Shown piece after piece: positions 47,372 through 57,313 of a stretch of DNA of 64,000 nucleotides. The notes beneath the pieces are model-generated. The model was not told where the DNA came from and did not search any database. It worked only from the letters and a program-made list of their open reading frames with translations. The translations under genes were made by a program, and so were the position numbers. Source of the DNA: Scyliorhinus canicula (lineage: Eukaryota); NCBI RefSeq assembly GCF_902713615.1, contig NW_024055720.1:186001-250000 (forward strand), written 5' to 3'. Position 1 is the stretch's first letter. Each line of letters begins with the position of its first letter.

Positions 47372-48307
47372 GGTGTCCAGATGATGTAAGATAGGAATCG
47401 TTTGAGGGAAACGATGTCCTTTCTGATGGAACCTGCACGTATGTTTGTCTTCGTTTCATGTTTGTTTGTTTTCAGGAATGTAAATTGTTCAGCTGGAGGA
47501 TGGACATCTTCTTTTCAGCTGAAAAGATTGTGACCACCTCACATACACGTTAGCTTGTCTGCCGAAACTTTTGAGAACTTCGGTTTGATTGGAGATCTTT
47601 TCCAAAGTTGTAAGGCCACACGCCAAATAGCTTGTCCGCAGATATCTCTGAGAACTTCAGTGATGTCCTCAGTTGGAGCATCTTGGCTCCCTTGGTTTTT
47701 TAGGTGCCCCTCTATTCGGCGAAATAGAGGCTGCAAGTCATGGTAAACACATTCGTACCCGTTTTTTCCAGGTTACTCAGGCAGTGGACAAACGGCACTG
47801 AGGACCCGCCCTGTCTGAGAACCAACCCTTGGTCAGCCAAGCTCGGGTATGGCACAGCACGCCCTACCCGGGGATCCCATCCAACTCATACCCGTCGCGG
47901 CCCATACGCAACTCATTCGGATGTTTGTTTCCAAGTTTGTTTTCATTTTACGTTAGGTAGCCCTTCGGCCACCATCCCACATGCTATTTACATCCGGGAA
48001 CATTCGGATGGTAAATCAGCAAAGCCTGCGAGACGGCTCGCAGAAGGAAGGATTGTTAGGTGTATGCTGGTCTTTAAATTCGCTTTTTGAAAAAAAAAAT
48101 GAGGGGAGTCACAGGGTGTGACTTAGCCAGTCATTTTAAAGGGTCAATTGGGATTTGAAAGACAGATGCACTAACAAGTAAAGGTCTTAAACTGTGTATT
48201 GACAGATACTGTGCTTGATCCCAAAGGTTTCAAAGGACGAGACAGAGGTCGAAGCCAGGATTGTCAATACCGGAGGAAGAAGGAAGAGAAAGAAGAAGAA
48301 CAGCAAA

Positions 48308-48661
48308 ATGATGGAAGCCCACTTATTACTGTTTAATGTCATATGTATATGTGTGGAAACAAGACACGTTTCCCCCACAACCCCCACCGTAAATGTTAGT
48401 ACAACAAACCCCCAGTGCTCAGCTCTGATCAGCGAGGTTCAGACCTGGTGTACTAAATTCATGACGTGGTACTCCATGTCCTACATAATCGAATCACTGT
48501 TGGTGATCGCGATCCTCATCGTCCTAGTGCAGACCCTCAGGTTGAGGAAATGGAAGAGGAGAGCCTCTCGTTCCAGCACCTCACCCATCTATAGAGTGCA
48601 ATCCCCCATCTTCGGATTCCACCAAACCCCTCAACCCCTCACTGATTACAACACTCTGTAA
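48308..48661 (+). CDS. Small predicted single-pass membrane protein (117 aa) at the env position
   Basis: ATG in good Kozak context, N-terminal hydrophobic stretch, NVS sequon, Cys37 and Cys48, TM YIIESLLVIAILIVLVQTL, then RLRKWKRR. Ends about 330 bp before the 3' LTR. Confidence 0.6.
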   Translation: MMEAHLLLFNVICICVETRHVSPTTPTVNVSTTNPQCSALISEVQTWCTKFMTWYSMSYIIESLLVIAILIVLVQTLRLRKWKRRASRSSTSPIYRVQSPIFGFHQTPQPLTDYNTL

Positions 48662-48990
48662 ATAAAATTCAGCCATGTATTATATTGTTCCATACTCGAC
48701 TGCCGAGTTGGGAAGTGTGATGTTGTGGTGTGAATGGTTAAGGTTTAGAGTGATTAAATGTTTAAGTTAAGGTTAAGGTTAATAGTGATAGGTAGAGGTT
48801 CCCAGTTGTAGTAATGCATGTCCTTTTGACATAGGGCCAAGTAGAAATGTTAGTTAAAATTTTTTTTCTCTTCTTCCCATAGTTTAGAACAGAGTAGAAC
48901 AGGAACTGGCAAGAGGTCAGAACACAAGGAAGGCAAAGTACATAGGTGATCCTTCACAATAGTATGATTGTGAGGATCACAAGGAGGGAA

Positions 48991-49939
48991 TGTAGCCATG
49001 CTGGCCACGCAAAATGGACACTGAGCCAAACTAAAATAGAAGACTGCTGGGAAACAGACAGTTTAGCCAGAACAGCAGTCTGCAAAGAGCAGTTTGCATT
49101 CTGCAGCAGCAGAAACCAGTTTGGGCTCAGGTGAAAAGACCTTAGCTAGGTGCAAATGGCAAAACACTTTGCATGCTAATGAGGCCATCAGACTTGAACA
49201 CCCACACAATAGATACATTTGGTTCTGAATGGACACATTCTAATCAAGACCCAGACATCGAGGCACCAGAAACCTCCAAACAAAAGGACATAAGAAACGC
49301 CCCCTCCATCACGGAGACCCCCTCGCATTGGGGAATTAATCCAGTATCGATAAGAAATTGATCCAATAGGTAGAGCCCGCCCGAGAAGAGGGAAGGACAA
49401 TGGAACCCCTATAAAAGATAGGGACCTCGTGTTGTCCGGTCTGTTAAACCCGTGCTCCGGCTCTGACTGACATCTTGCATCCTGACTCCAGCCGTTGAGC
49501 ACCAGCCGCCGAAACCGTAAGTTCAACGCTCGCTACGCGATCCAAGCCCACTAGACTCCCAAGTACCAGAACGCTTGCTGAAGGCTGCAGTGCCAGACCA
49601 GGACGAAGGCCTCGTTCTCTGACCTTGCCTGTTCCTGTTAGATAAGTATTCTGTTTGCTTAAGTTTAGTTATAGCTTAGTCTCTTAGTGTGTGCATGAGT
49701 ATTTATTATAACTGTATAATAAATATTGATCGTTTGAACTTTACTAATCGGTGTATCGTCTTTATTACTTTGAACTTGACCTTGGAATACTTGTGACGTT
49801 GCCTATACGGCAACTGGCGACTCCAGAGCTAAATAATTACATAGAACAGAGCCTAGCAGTGTTAAGCACACGTCGAACTCGGAGGCGTGTTAATACACTC
49901 CAATAAACGCGTTTTACGCCCATAGTAAAACGTGCAACA
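48991..49939 (+). repeat. 3' LTR, preceded by polypurine tract AAGGAGGGAA (48981-48990)
   Basis: 949 bp, nearly identical to the 5' LTR. Confidence 0.97.
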
Positions 49940-50744
49940 TGCCATTGAATGTCAAGGGGCGGTGGTTAGATCCGTTCTTACTGGAGATGGGCATTGCCTT
50001 CAATTGGGTGACTTGACTGTTACTTACCACTTGTCAGCCAGAACCTGATGTAGTCTCCATGTTGCTTTATTTACACATAGATTTATTCAGTGACTGCACA
50101 GTTGAAAATTGTGCTGAACTTGGTGCAATCATCTGAGAACAATCCCAGTTCAGACATTATGATGAAAAGGTCATTGATGAATAAGCTGAAGATGGTTTGT
50201 CCGAGGACACTGCCCTGAAGAAGTCTCGCAGTGATGTCCTGGAATTGAGATGATTAGCCTCCAGCAATGGAATCCATCTACCTTGGTGCTGGTTATGACT
50301 CCAACCAGCGGAGATTGTTCTCCTGATTCCCATCCATTCATTCTTTGGTTGGGCTCCTTAAGGTCACACGTTTAAATGATGCCGTGATTTGGCGGCACTG
50401 TAGCACAGTGGTTAGCACTGTCGCTTCACAGCACCAGGGATCCGGATTCCATTCCCACTTGGGTCATTGCCTGTGTGGAGTCTGCAGGTTCTCCCCGTGT
50501 CTACGTGGGTTTCCTCCAGGTGTTCCGGATTCCTCCCTCAAGTCCTGAAAAACGTCCTGTTAGGTGGTTTGGATATTCTGAATTATTCCTCTGTGTATCC
50601 GAACAGGCGCCAGAGTGTGGCGTGTAGGGGATTTTCACAGTACCTTCATTGCAGTGTTAATGTGAGCCCACTTGTGACAATAGTAAAGATTATTATGTTT
50701 ATTATTGATGTTAGATTCAGTCGCTCTCATCTGTGTTTCTGACA

Positions 50745-52570
50745 ATGTGTGTGTGTCTGCGTGTGCGTGTGTGTGAGAGGGAGAGTGTGGGTATGTGTCT
50801 GAGAGCGTGTGTCTGTGCATATGTATGTGTCTGCATTCGTGCGAGAGATGGATGAAGAGAGTGGGAGAGAGAGTATGCATGTGGGTGTGTGTGTGAGAGA
50901 GAGTATCTCTGTGTGTCAAAGAATATCTGTGTGTGAGAGCGTCATTGTGTGTATTTGTGCGAGCGAGAGGATGTGTGTGTGTGAGGGAGCAAAATAGTGT
51001 CCACAGGAGAGAGACTGTATGCGCAAAACTGTGTGAGAGAGCATGTATGCACCAAAGCATGCGAGTGAGACAGCATATGTGTGAGAGAGCATGTGTGCCA
51101 GACATCATGTTTGTGAGAGCATGTGGGTGAGAGAGTGTACGTGTGAGAGAACGTGAGCACAAGACAGTATGTGTGAAAGAGAACATGTGTGCAAGAGAGC
51201 ACACGTGCAAGAGAGCATGAGTATGAGAAAGCATGTGTGAGAGAGCATGTGTGTGAGAGAGCATGTTTGTGAGAGCACGAGACACCATGTGTACAAGAGA
51301 ACGTGTGTGAGAGCATATGTGCGAGAGAGCATGTGTGTGAGAGAGCGTGTGTGCAAGCGAGAATGAGAGAGCTTGAGTGTGAGTGAGTGTGCAAGAGAGA
51401 ATGAGAGAGCGTGTGTGTGAGAGAGCGTGTGTTGGTGAGAGCATGAGTGTGTGAGAGTGAGTGTACGAGAGAGCGTGTGAGTGAGAGGGCATGTGTGTGG
51501 GGGAGCGTGTGTGCAAGATAGCGTGAGTACGAGTGATATGTGTGTGAGAGAGCGTGTGTGTGAGAAAGCAGGTGTGGGAGAGTACATGTGTGTGAGAGAG
51601 CATGTATGCAACAGAGCAAGTGTGTGTGAAAGCATGTGCTCTAGAGAGCATGTGCATCAGCGAACATGAGTGTAAGCGAGTGAGAGATTGCGTGCGGAGA
51701 GAGTGAGTATCAGAGCGCATGTGCATAAGAGAGTATGTATGAAAGAGAGGATATATGTGTGTGAGAGAGCAGGAGTACAAGAGAAATTAAATGAAAATCG
51801 TTTATTGTCACGAGTAGACTTCAATGAAGTTACTGTGAAAAGCCCGTAGTAGCCACATTCCGGCGCCTGTCCGAGAATCGAACCGTGCTGCTGGCCTGCT
51901 TTAAAAGCCAGCGATTTAGCCTGGTGAGCTAAACCAGTCAGCATGTGTGTGAGAGAGGCCGTGTGTGTGAGAGAGCGTGTGTGTGAGAGGGTGTGTGTGT
52001 GAGAGCATGTGTGTGAGAGAGCATGAGAGAACGTGCGAGCGAGAGACGATGCATGTCAGAGAGAGTGTGAGAGAGAGCGTATGCATAAGAGAGTGTGTGT
52101 GTGAGAGAGCGGATGTGTGAGAGATGTCTGTGACAGAGCATGTGTGTGAACGAGTGTGTGCGCAAGAGATAACGTGTGCGAGAGTGCATGTGTGTGAGTG
52201 TGTGTCTGCGAATGATTGTGTATGTGAGTGAGATTGGTAAAACTTGTAAGAGAGAGTGTGTGAGAGAGTGTGAGAGGGAGATTGCCTGTGAAAGAGAGAG
52301 AGGAATAATGTGCCTGTGCCTGTGAGAGAGCGAGTGACAGTCTGTTGGTGTGTGAGGGAGATTTGGAGCGAGATAAAGTTGGAGACAGTGAGTATGTAAG
52401 AAACTGAGTGTGTGAGGCAGTGCGTGTGTGTGCCCGAGTGTGTGTGTGCGAGAGACTGTGTGTTTTTGAAGAGCTATTGTGTATGTGAGAGTGTCTGTGA
52501 GAGAGTGTCTGTGTGTTTGAGGAATAGTCTGGGTTTGTGGGAGAGAGGGAGTGTGTGAGGGAGAAACACT
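50745..52570. repeat. Degenerate (GT)/(GA) microsatellite field with an embedded SINE at 51785-51935
   Basis: gagagcatgtgtgtga-type low-complexity sequence. It is the source of several spurious His/Thr/Ser-rich ORFs. Confidence 0.9.
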
Positions 52571-55500
52571 GTGCGCATGAGAGAGTATTTAGTCTTTCAA
52601 ATTTCACTCTGAAACACAGGGGAACGAATCATTCAAACTGCTCGATTCTAATTGATAAATGGTCAACTTACGACAATAACAATTCAATAACCTTTTTGAA
52701 ATGAAACTGATATTAATTTCAAAACTCCCTTCGCCTTTCAGCTATTTCTCCTGTCTGTCTGAACTGGGCACAATGTATTATCACGGAGAATGATCACATT
52801 AAATATAACAGATTGAGGGGAGTTTAATGTCCGTGACAAAGATCCAGTGTTTGCTAAGAAATAAACAAACCAGGAAACATTCACATTGGAAACTGATGAC
52901 CTGATTTGATCCAATTTTCTAATTAAATATAATCAACAAAACAATCGAGGCGGGTCGACTCTTCAACCTGAGTAAATAAATGTATTGTTTTGTAAATTAT
53001 TTTCAGTACAATTAAACATTCTCTAATAGCTTTGATATCGCACGCCAGTGTACTACTCAATTGTAGGGTTAATTTATGTTGAATTAGTTAGTACTAATGT
53101 CACATTGCCAATTGTCAATTAGTTGACCTGTCAGCTGATTTGTACTCTATAATATAAATAATAAAACATGGTTCTCTGTAATTCAAAACCTGCTCCTGTC
53201 TGAAATTTGATAAATAGTTTGGATTTAATTAAATATTAAACTTCAAATTATCGGATGGAATAATTCAGACATGTGCAATATCTCATCAGTTTGTTAAAGC
53301 GGTACTCCCGAATTGATAAACTATTGTAACTCGAAACTATATCTCTAACAATAAAGTCCTTGGTAGTTTGTGACCAATAAAAGTGTTTCGAGATTTAATC
53401 ATTCAGCAATTCGATTAACTTTATTCTTGAAAATATTGCTTAAAGAAAGGAGATCCAAATTAATCAGTGCAACACTTAATGAAAACAACTCAGTCAGATC
53501 CTCTACAGCACTGAAACATAATCAGAAAATGATGCAGAAATGTTCTTGTTCAATTTATGATTTAATAAGAAATAAGCTTGAGGCTCAGATATAATCTATT
53601 CTTCTATTGTATAACTTGTTTTATTTCTATAATGTTATATTATGCACAGCACAGCTCTGCGAGACAGGATGTTATTATTTTTTGCAAAGCTAATATTCTC
53701 CTTTTGTAATTAAATTAATATCTTTGAATTTCAAGCTTTTACTGTGTCTCCAGCAATGAGCAGTATGAACATTCCTACAATTTAGATAAAATCATAAGAA
53801 CAATTCCTTCACTGTCAGCGACTTCCACCTCTGACAAAACTCTTTATGATTATATCAGAGACAACTACAAATGACGCTGAAGAGATAATATACGAGCTGC
53901 TGCACATAAGTAATATAATAACCGGATACATAAATTGCCAAACTGCAATATAAAACTCCTACTTAAGTAACTGCAAACGTAATCAGAGAAATAAAAAAAT
54001 AATTCAAATATATATTGTGCAACTGAACAGTGCTGTAGAATCAGTATATTATTATTAAAACAGTTTCATAAATAATCAGAAAATATTTCCAGTTTAGAAA
54101 CTTTTCTGGTCATGCTGATGGAGTGCAGAGCAGAGCAGAATTGTGAAAGGCGATTGATGATTAATGATATTAATATGAAAATATATTTGGATAATGTGGT
54201 TATAACACAGCATTATAATTGTTTAAGTTATATTAATTTTACTCACTAATTTGAAAACGTTTTAATTAAACAGTTTCAGATTGCAGTAACAAATTGCATT
54301 CTTAATGACGCCATGGTTTAGTTTAATCAGTAATCATCAGGTAAAATTTAAATATGTCTATCAAATCTTTAATTGCTTTCTTTATTTTCGAAACCTGCCG
54401 CGTTTACTCCCTACAATTGTGTTTCAAGGAGATTCAAACGCGCAAATCTTTCGACATTAAACCAGAAAACGTGTAACTGCTCAATGTCACCCAGTTTGAA
54501 CAATGCAGAAACAACGGAGAAACAGAAATCGCTTCACAAATTGTACTTATTCAAAGTCACCCAGACACACTATCTCCTCAGCAGGAAAACACCAAAACTC
54601 AACGTAAGGACTGAACTCGTTTCATTGAGAAACAGCTAAATTCTACATTCAACAGTGTGAAACGTAACATTTCAAAAACATCTGAATATCGAATCCAGCG
54701 AACCAGTTCGCCGTCAAATGTATGAATTATCAAACTAAATAGAAATACAGAATAACAGTAATATCGTTGTCAGGATGTGGGGTATGTCCAAAATATTTTA
54801 AAAACTTTACCACATTCTATACAGGTTGGACCGTATTTCAAACGCATTTAAACAGTTGGAAGGATTGATAAAAGCTGCATCCATCAATCCCACCAAGATG
54901 GAACATTGCAGAAAAGCCAGGATGTCATTGCAGTAACAAATTATGTTCGGAAAGAGCATTATAAACTGTGGCTTAATTTAATCTGCAATCATCACTTTTA
55001 AAAAACACTATAAAATCATGACTGTTTTCCACCCACAGTCGTGTACCAAGCAGTTTCAAATACGTTTCTTGTTTTCATTCAATTACAAAAATGGGACCGC
55101 TCAGTATCATCGAGTTTAAAGAATATAGAAACGCCAGAACCGTTTCACAAATTCTACTCATTCAAAATCAACCAGCCACAAACTCTTCAGCAGAAATACA
55201 GCAAATTACATCACCGAGGGGCTGAAATCGGTCTCATGGAGAACCAGCTCGATTCTACAAACACTTTCAACAGAATCAAACAGCATTTCAAGAAAATTCT
55301 ACCCACCAAATCCGCCTTTCAGCAAGTGAATGAACAATTAAAACACAGAAATATGGAAGAATATCATCAGCATTGTCAATAAGCGGGAAGTGTTCAATAA
55401 ATTGACACAGATACTTCAGCATATTTTGTGAGTATTGGGTTAGATTTCTAACACTTGTGCAGGAGATGGTAAAACCTGCTCAGATGTCGCCGAGATTAAA

Positions 55501-55802
55501 CATTGCAGAAATACCAAACTGTTTAACAGGCGTTAGGTATTTAAAGTACCCAGCCACACAGTATCCTCAGCAAATAAACACTAAATCATAACAACCCGGC
55601 ACTGAATCCCTCAGCAGAACCTTTTGTCAAGAGGCAGAATAATTCCTTTTTCAGCAGAATCACATGAAACATTACAACAAAATCTCAATACAGAATCCAG
55701 CAAACCCGCAATTCAGTGAACGGATGCATACTTAAAATAGAAAAAACTAAATAAAACAAAGACTGAAGTAAAACAGTTCATAAATAATGGAAAGGTTCTT
55801 AC

Positions 55803-55859
55803 CTGCAGTCACCGTCACCATGGTGCCTTGTCCCCAGTAGCCCAAGATGTACCAGGTAT
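55803..55859 (-). CDS. IGHJ: Joined D2-JH segment (TWYILGYWGQGTMVTVTA)
   Basis: ATACCTGGTACATCTTGGGCTACTGGGGACAAGGCACCATGGTGACGGTGACTGCAG|GTAAG. WGQG motif, donor at 55802, directly preceded by a 12-spacer RSS. Confidence 0.9.
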
Positions 55860-55887
55860 CACAGTGAGACACAGCGTGTCAAATACT
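55860..55887 (+). promoter_or_regulatory. 12-bp-spacer RSS 5' of the D2-J segment
   Basis: CACAGTG (55860-55866), then 12 nt agacacagcgtg, then TCAAATACT (6/9 consensus). No nonamer at spacer 22 or 23. Confidence 0.85.
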
Positions 55888-56182
55888 GCGGCAGACTGTT
55901 AACTGTAAAACACAGATTTAATTTCAGTGCGCTCTCAAAAAACTATGTTTCTTCCAAGAGCGAATGTGTGAGTTATTTCAGCTTGTCCTGATCACTACAT
56001 TAATAAAGAGGATCGGAACACTTTTAGACGCTCTGGGCAGGTTTAGCCTGTTGGTCAACAGAGATAAAGTGGAACATTTTTATACCTTTTTCCAAAATAA
56101 CATTTTGTTTTATTTAAACCTCATTAACATTGACGATCCTGCTGGGGTTCTGATCACCAATTTGAACAAGCTCTTTCTCTGA

Positions 56183-56263
56183 GGTTTTTGTATGAGGATG
56201 TCTCTGTGCACAGCACTGTGACCCACTGCTGTAGTCACAGTGACAGACACCCGCACACAAACT
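56183..56263 (-). other. IGHD: D1 segment (56221-56235, ACTACAGCAGTGGGT) with a 5' 12-RSS and a 3' 22-RSS
   Basis: Plus strand reads GGTTTTTGT-22nt-CACTGTG [D] CACAGTG-12nt-ACACAAACT. All three D reading frames are open. Confidence 0.95.
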
Positions 56264-56632
56264 GCACTCACTCTCTGTTCAGTTCTGCCGCTCAATATTC
56301 ACTTCAAATAGACGATTACCCCTAATCTAATTTACAATTTAGGCAACAGTTTATCAAACTCAATGTACATGGATTTTCCCAAGTATCACAATAATAAAGC
56401 GAGGATTATATCCACGTCTGTAATAGCTGAAAGTGTTAACAGTAAATGTAAACAGGCAAAGGCTCATCCTATTAGATCGATTGGTTTGTTCGGTTTTACT
56501 GTTTAATTTTCTCTGTGTGAGTTATGTAAGAAGCAGCTTGTGTTTAGATTCTGATCACTGGCATCAATATTACATTTGGATCAAGTGCTGACCTTCAGGT
56601 TAAGCTGCAAGTTGCTGAATTCCCTCTCGAGC

Positions 56633-56671
56633 TGTTCTTGTGCGGGTCCAGCCCTGGTTCCTCTCGCTGTG
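56633..56671 (-). promoter_or_regulatory. 23-bp-spacer RSS 3' of VH
   Basis: CACAGCG, 23 nt, ACAAGAACA immediately after TGT GCA AGA AAC. Confidence 0.93.
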
Positions 56672-56976
56672 GTTTCTTGCACAGTAATAGATGGCGGTGT
56701 CTTCGGTCTTCAGGTTCGTCATGGCCAAAGAGAAGCTGTTGGTTGAAGTGTCTTTGGACGCAGTGAATCGATCTTTAATTGCTGCGGCGTAGTTGTTGTT
56801 GGATGAACTATAGTAATATACCAACCACTCCAGCCCCTGCCCGGGAACTTGCCGGATCCAGAACATATTGTAGCTGCTAAGATCGAAGCCGCTGGTTTTA
56901 CAGGTCAGTGTCAGGGAGCCTCCGGGACGCCCGGTCTCTGCCTCCGGCTGAGTCAACACAACATCCGACTGGACAC
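56672..56976 (-). CDS. IGHV: VH exon (open, canonical Cys/Trp/YYC)
   Basis: tttttacag|GT GTC CAG TCG then [98 protein letters not shown]. Confidence 0.97.
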
Positions 56977-57104
56977 CTGTAAAAATATATCAAAAAGCCC
57001 GAGGATTAATGCTGGTGAAATGATTGGTGACTCTGGAACATTCCAGAGAGAGACTAACACTGAGACAGTAACAGTGAGAGACTTGGACAATAAAAACTAC
57101 TCAC

Positions 57105-57150
57105 GGGATAAGAAAGTCAGCAACAAACTGAGAGAAATGGCCCACCTCAT
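57105..57150 (-). CDS. IGHV: VH leader exon (MRWAISLSLLLTFLS-R)
   Basis: Hydrophobic signal peptide, phase-1 donor C|GTGAGT, 128-nt intron to the V exon. An in-frame upstream ATG lies at 57162. Confidence 0.95.
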
Positions 57151-57240
57151 CCTTCTGGTCATTTGGGGAAATGGTTGTGTCAGGAACTCAGTGAACAAAC
57201 CAGCTCCCGGACTGTTGGATTCGGGTCCCAGTGATCGGCA

Positions 57241-57313
57241 TTTAAATACCCGGCAGAAGGGGGCGGCTTTCCAGGCGCCGCCTGTTGATTCCCTGGTGGA
57301 GGCGGCGCCTGGA
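57241..57313 (-). promoter_or_regulatory. VH promoter region: TATA-like TATTTAAA plus a perfect 14-bp GC-rich inverted repeat
   Basis: TATTTAAA (57241-57248) about 90 nt upstream of the ATG. Arms tccaggcgccgcct (57270-57283) and aggcggcgcctgga (57300-57313). Confidence 0.6.

Larger units (their letters stand above)
40128..49939 (+). mobile_element. Intact endogenous retrovirus-like LTR element, 9812 bp
   Basis: Two 949-bp LTRs (TGTAG...CAACA), 4-bp TSD TGCC (40124-40127 and 49940-49943), PBS-like TGGCG..., polypurine tract, and open gag and pol. Confidence 0.97.
39670..50390 (-). mobile_element. Old CR1/L2-superfamily LINE relic (39670-40127 plus 49940-50390) split by the LTR element
   Basis: The rejoined flanks read tcaatgatggtaa-tgcc-attgaatgtcaagggg...ggttagat, homologous to the reverse complement of 60670-60750. 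The right part holds degenerate RT motifs. Confidence 0.65.

Noticed and set aside
47372-48990. A conventional env gene
   Set aside because: No ORF longer than about 150 aa, and no furin site, fusion peptide or CX6CC arrangement in a suitably long frame.
50635-52607. His/Thr/Ser/Leu-rich ORFs up to 381 aa
   Set aside because: Artefacts of (CA)/(CT) microsatellite sequence. The same applies to 27733-28371 and 36428-37756.
52600-55800. A second, unjoined JH or D segment in the J-C intron
   Set aside because: By eye I found no WGxG exon or heptamer-spacer-nonamer. Only short degenerate AT-rich similarities were seen (for example 54057-54090 versus 55770-55795). A motif scan would be needed to exclude it fully.
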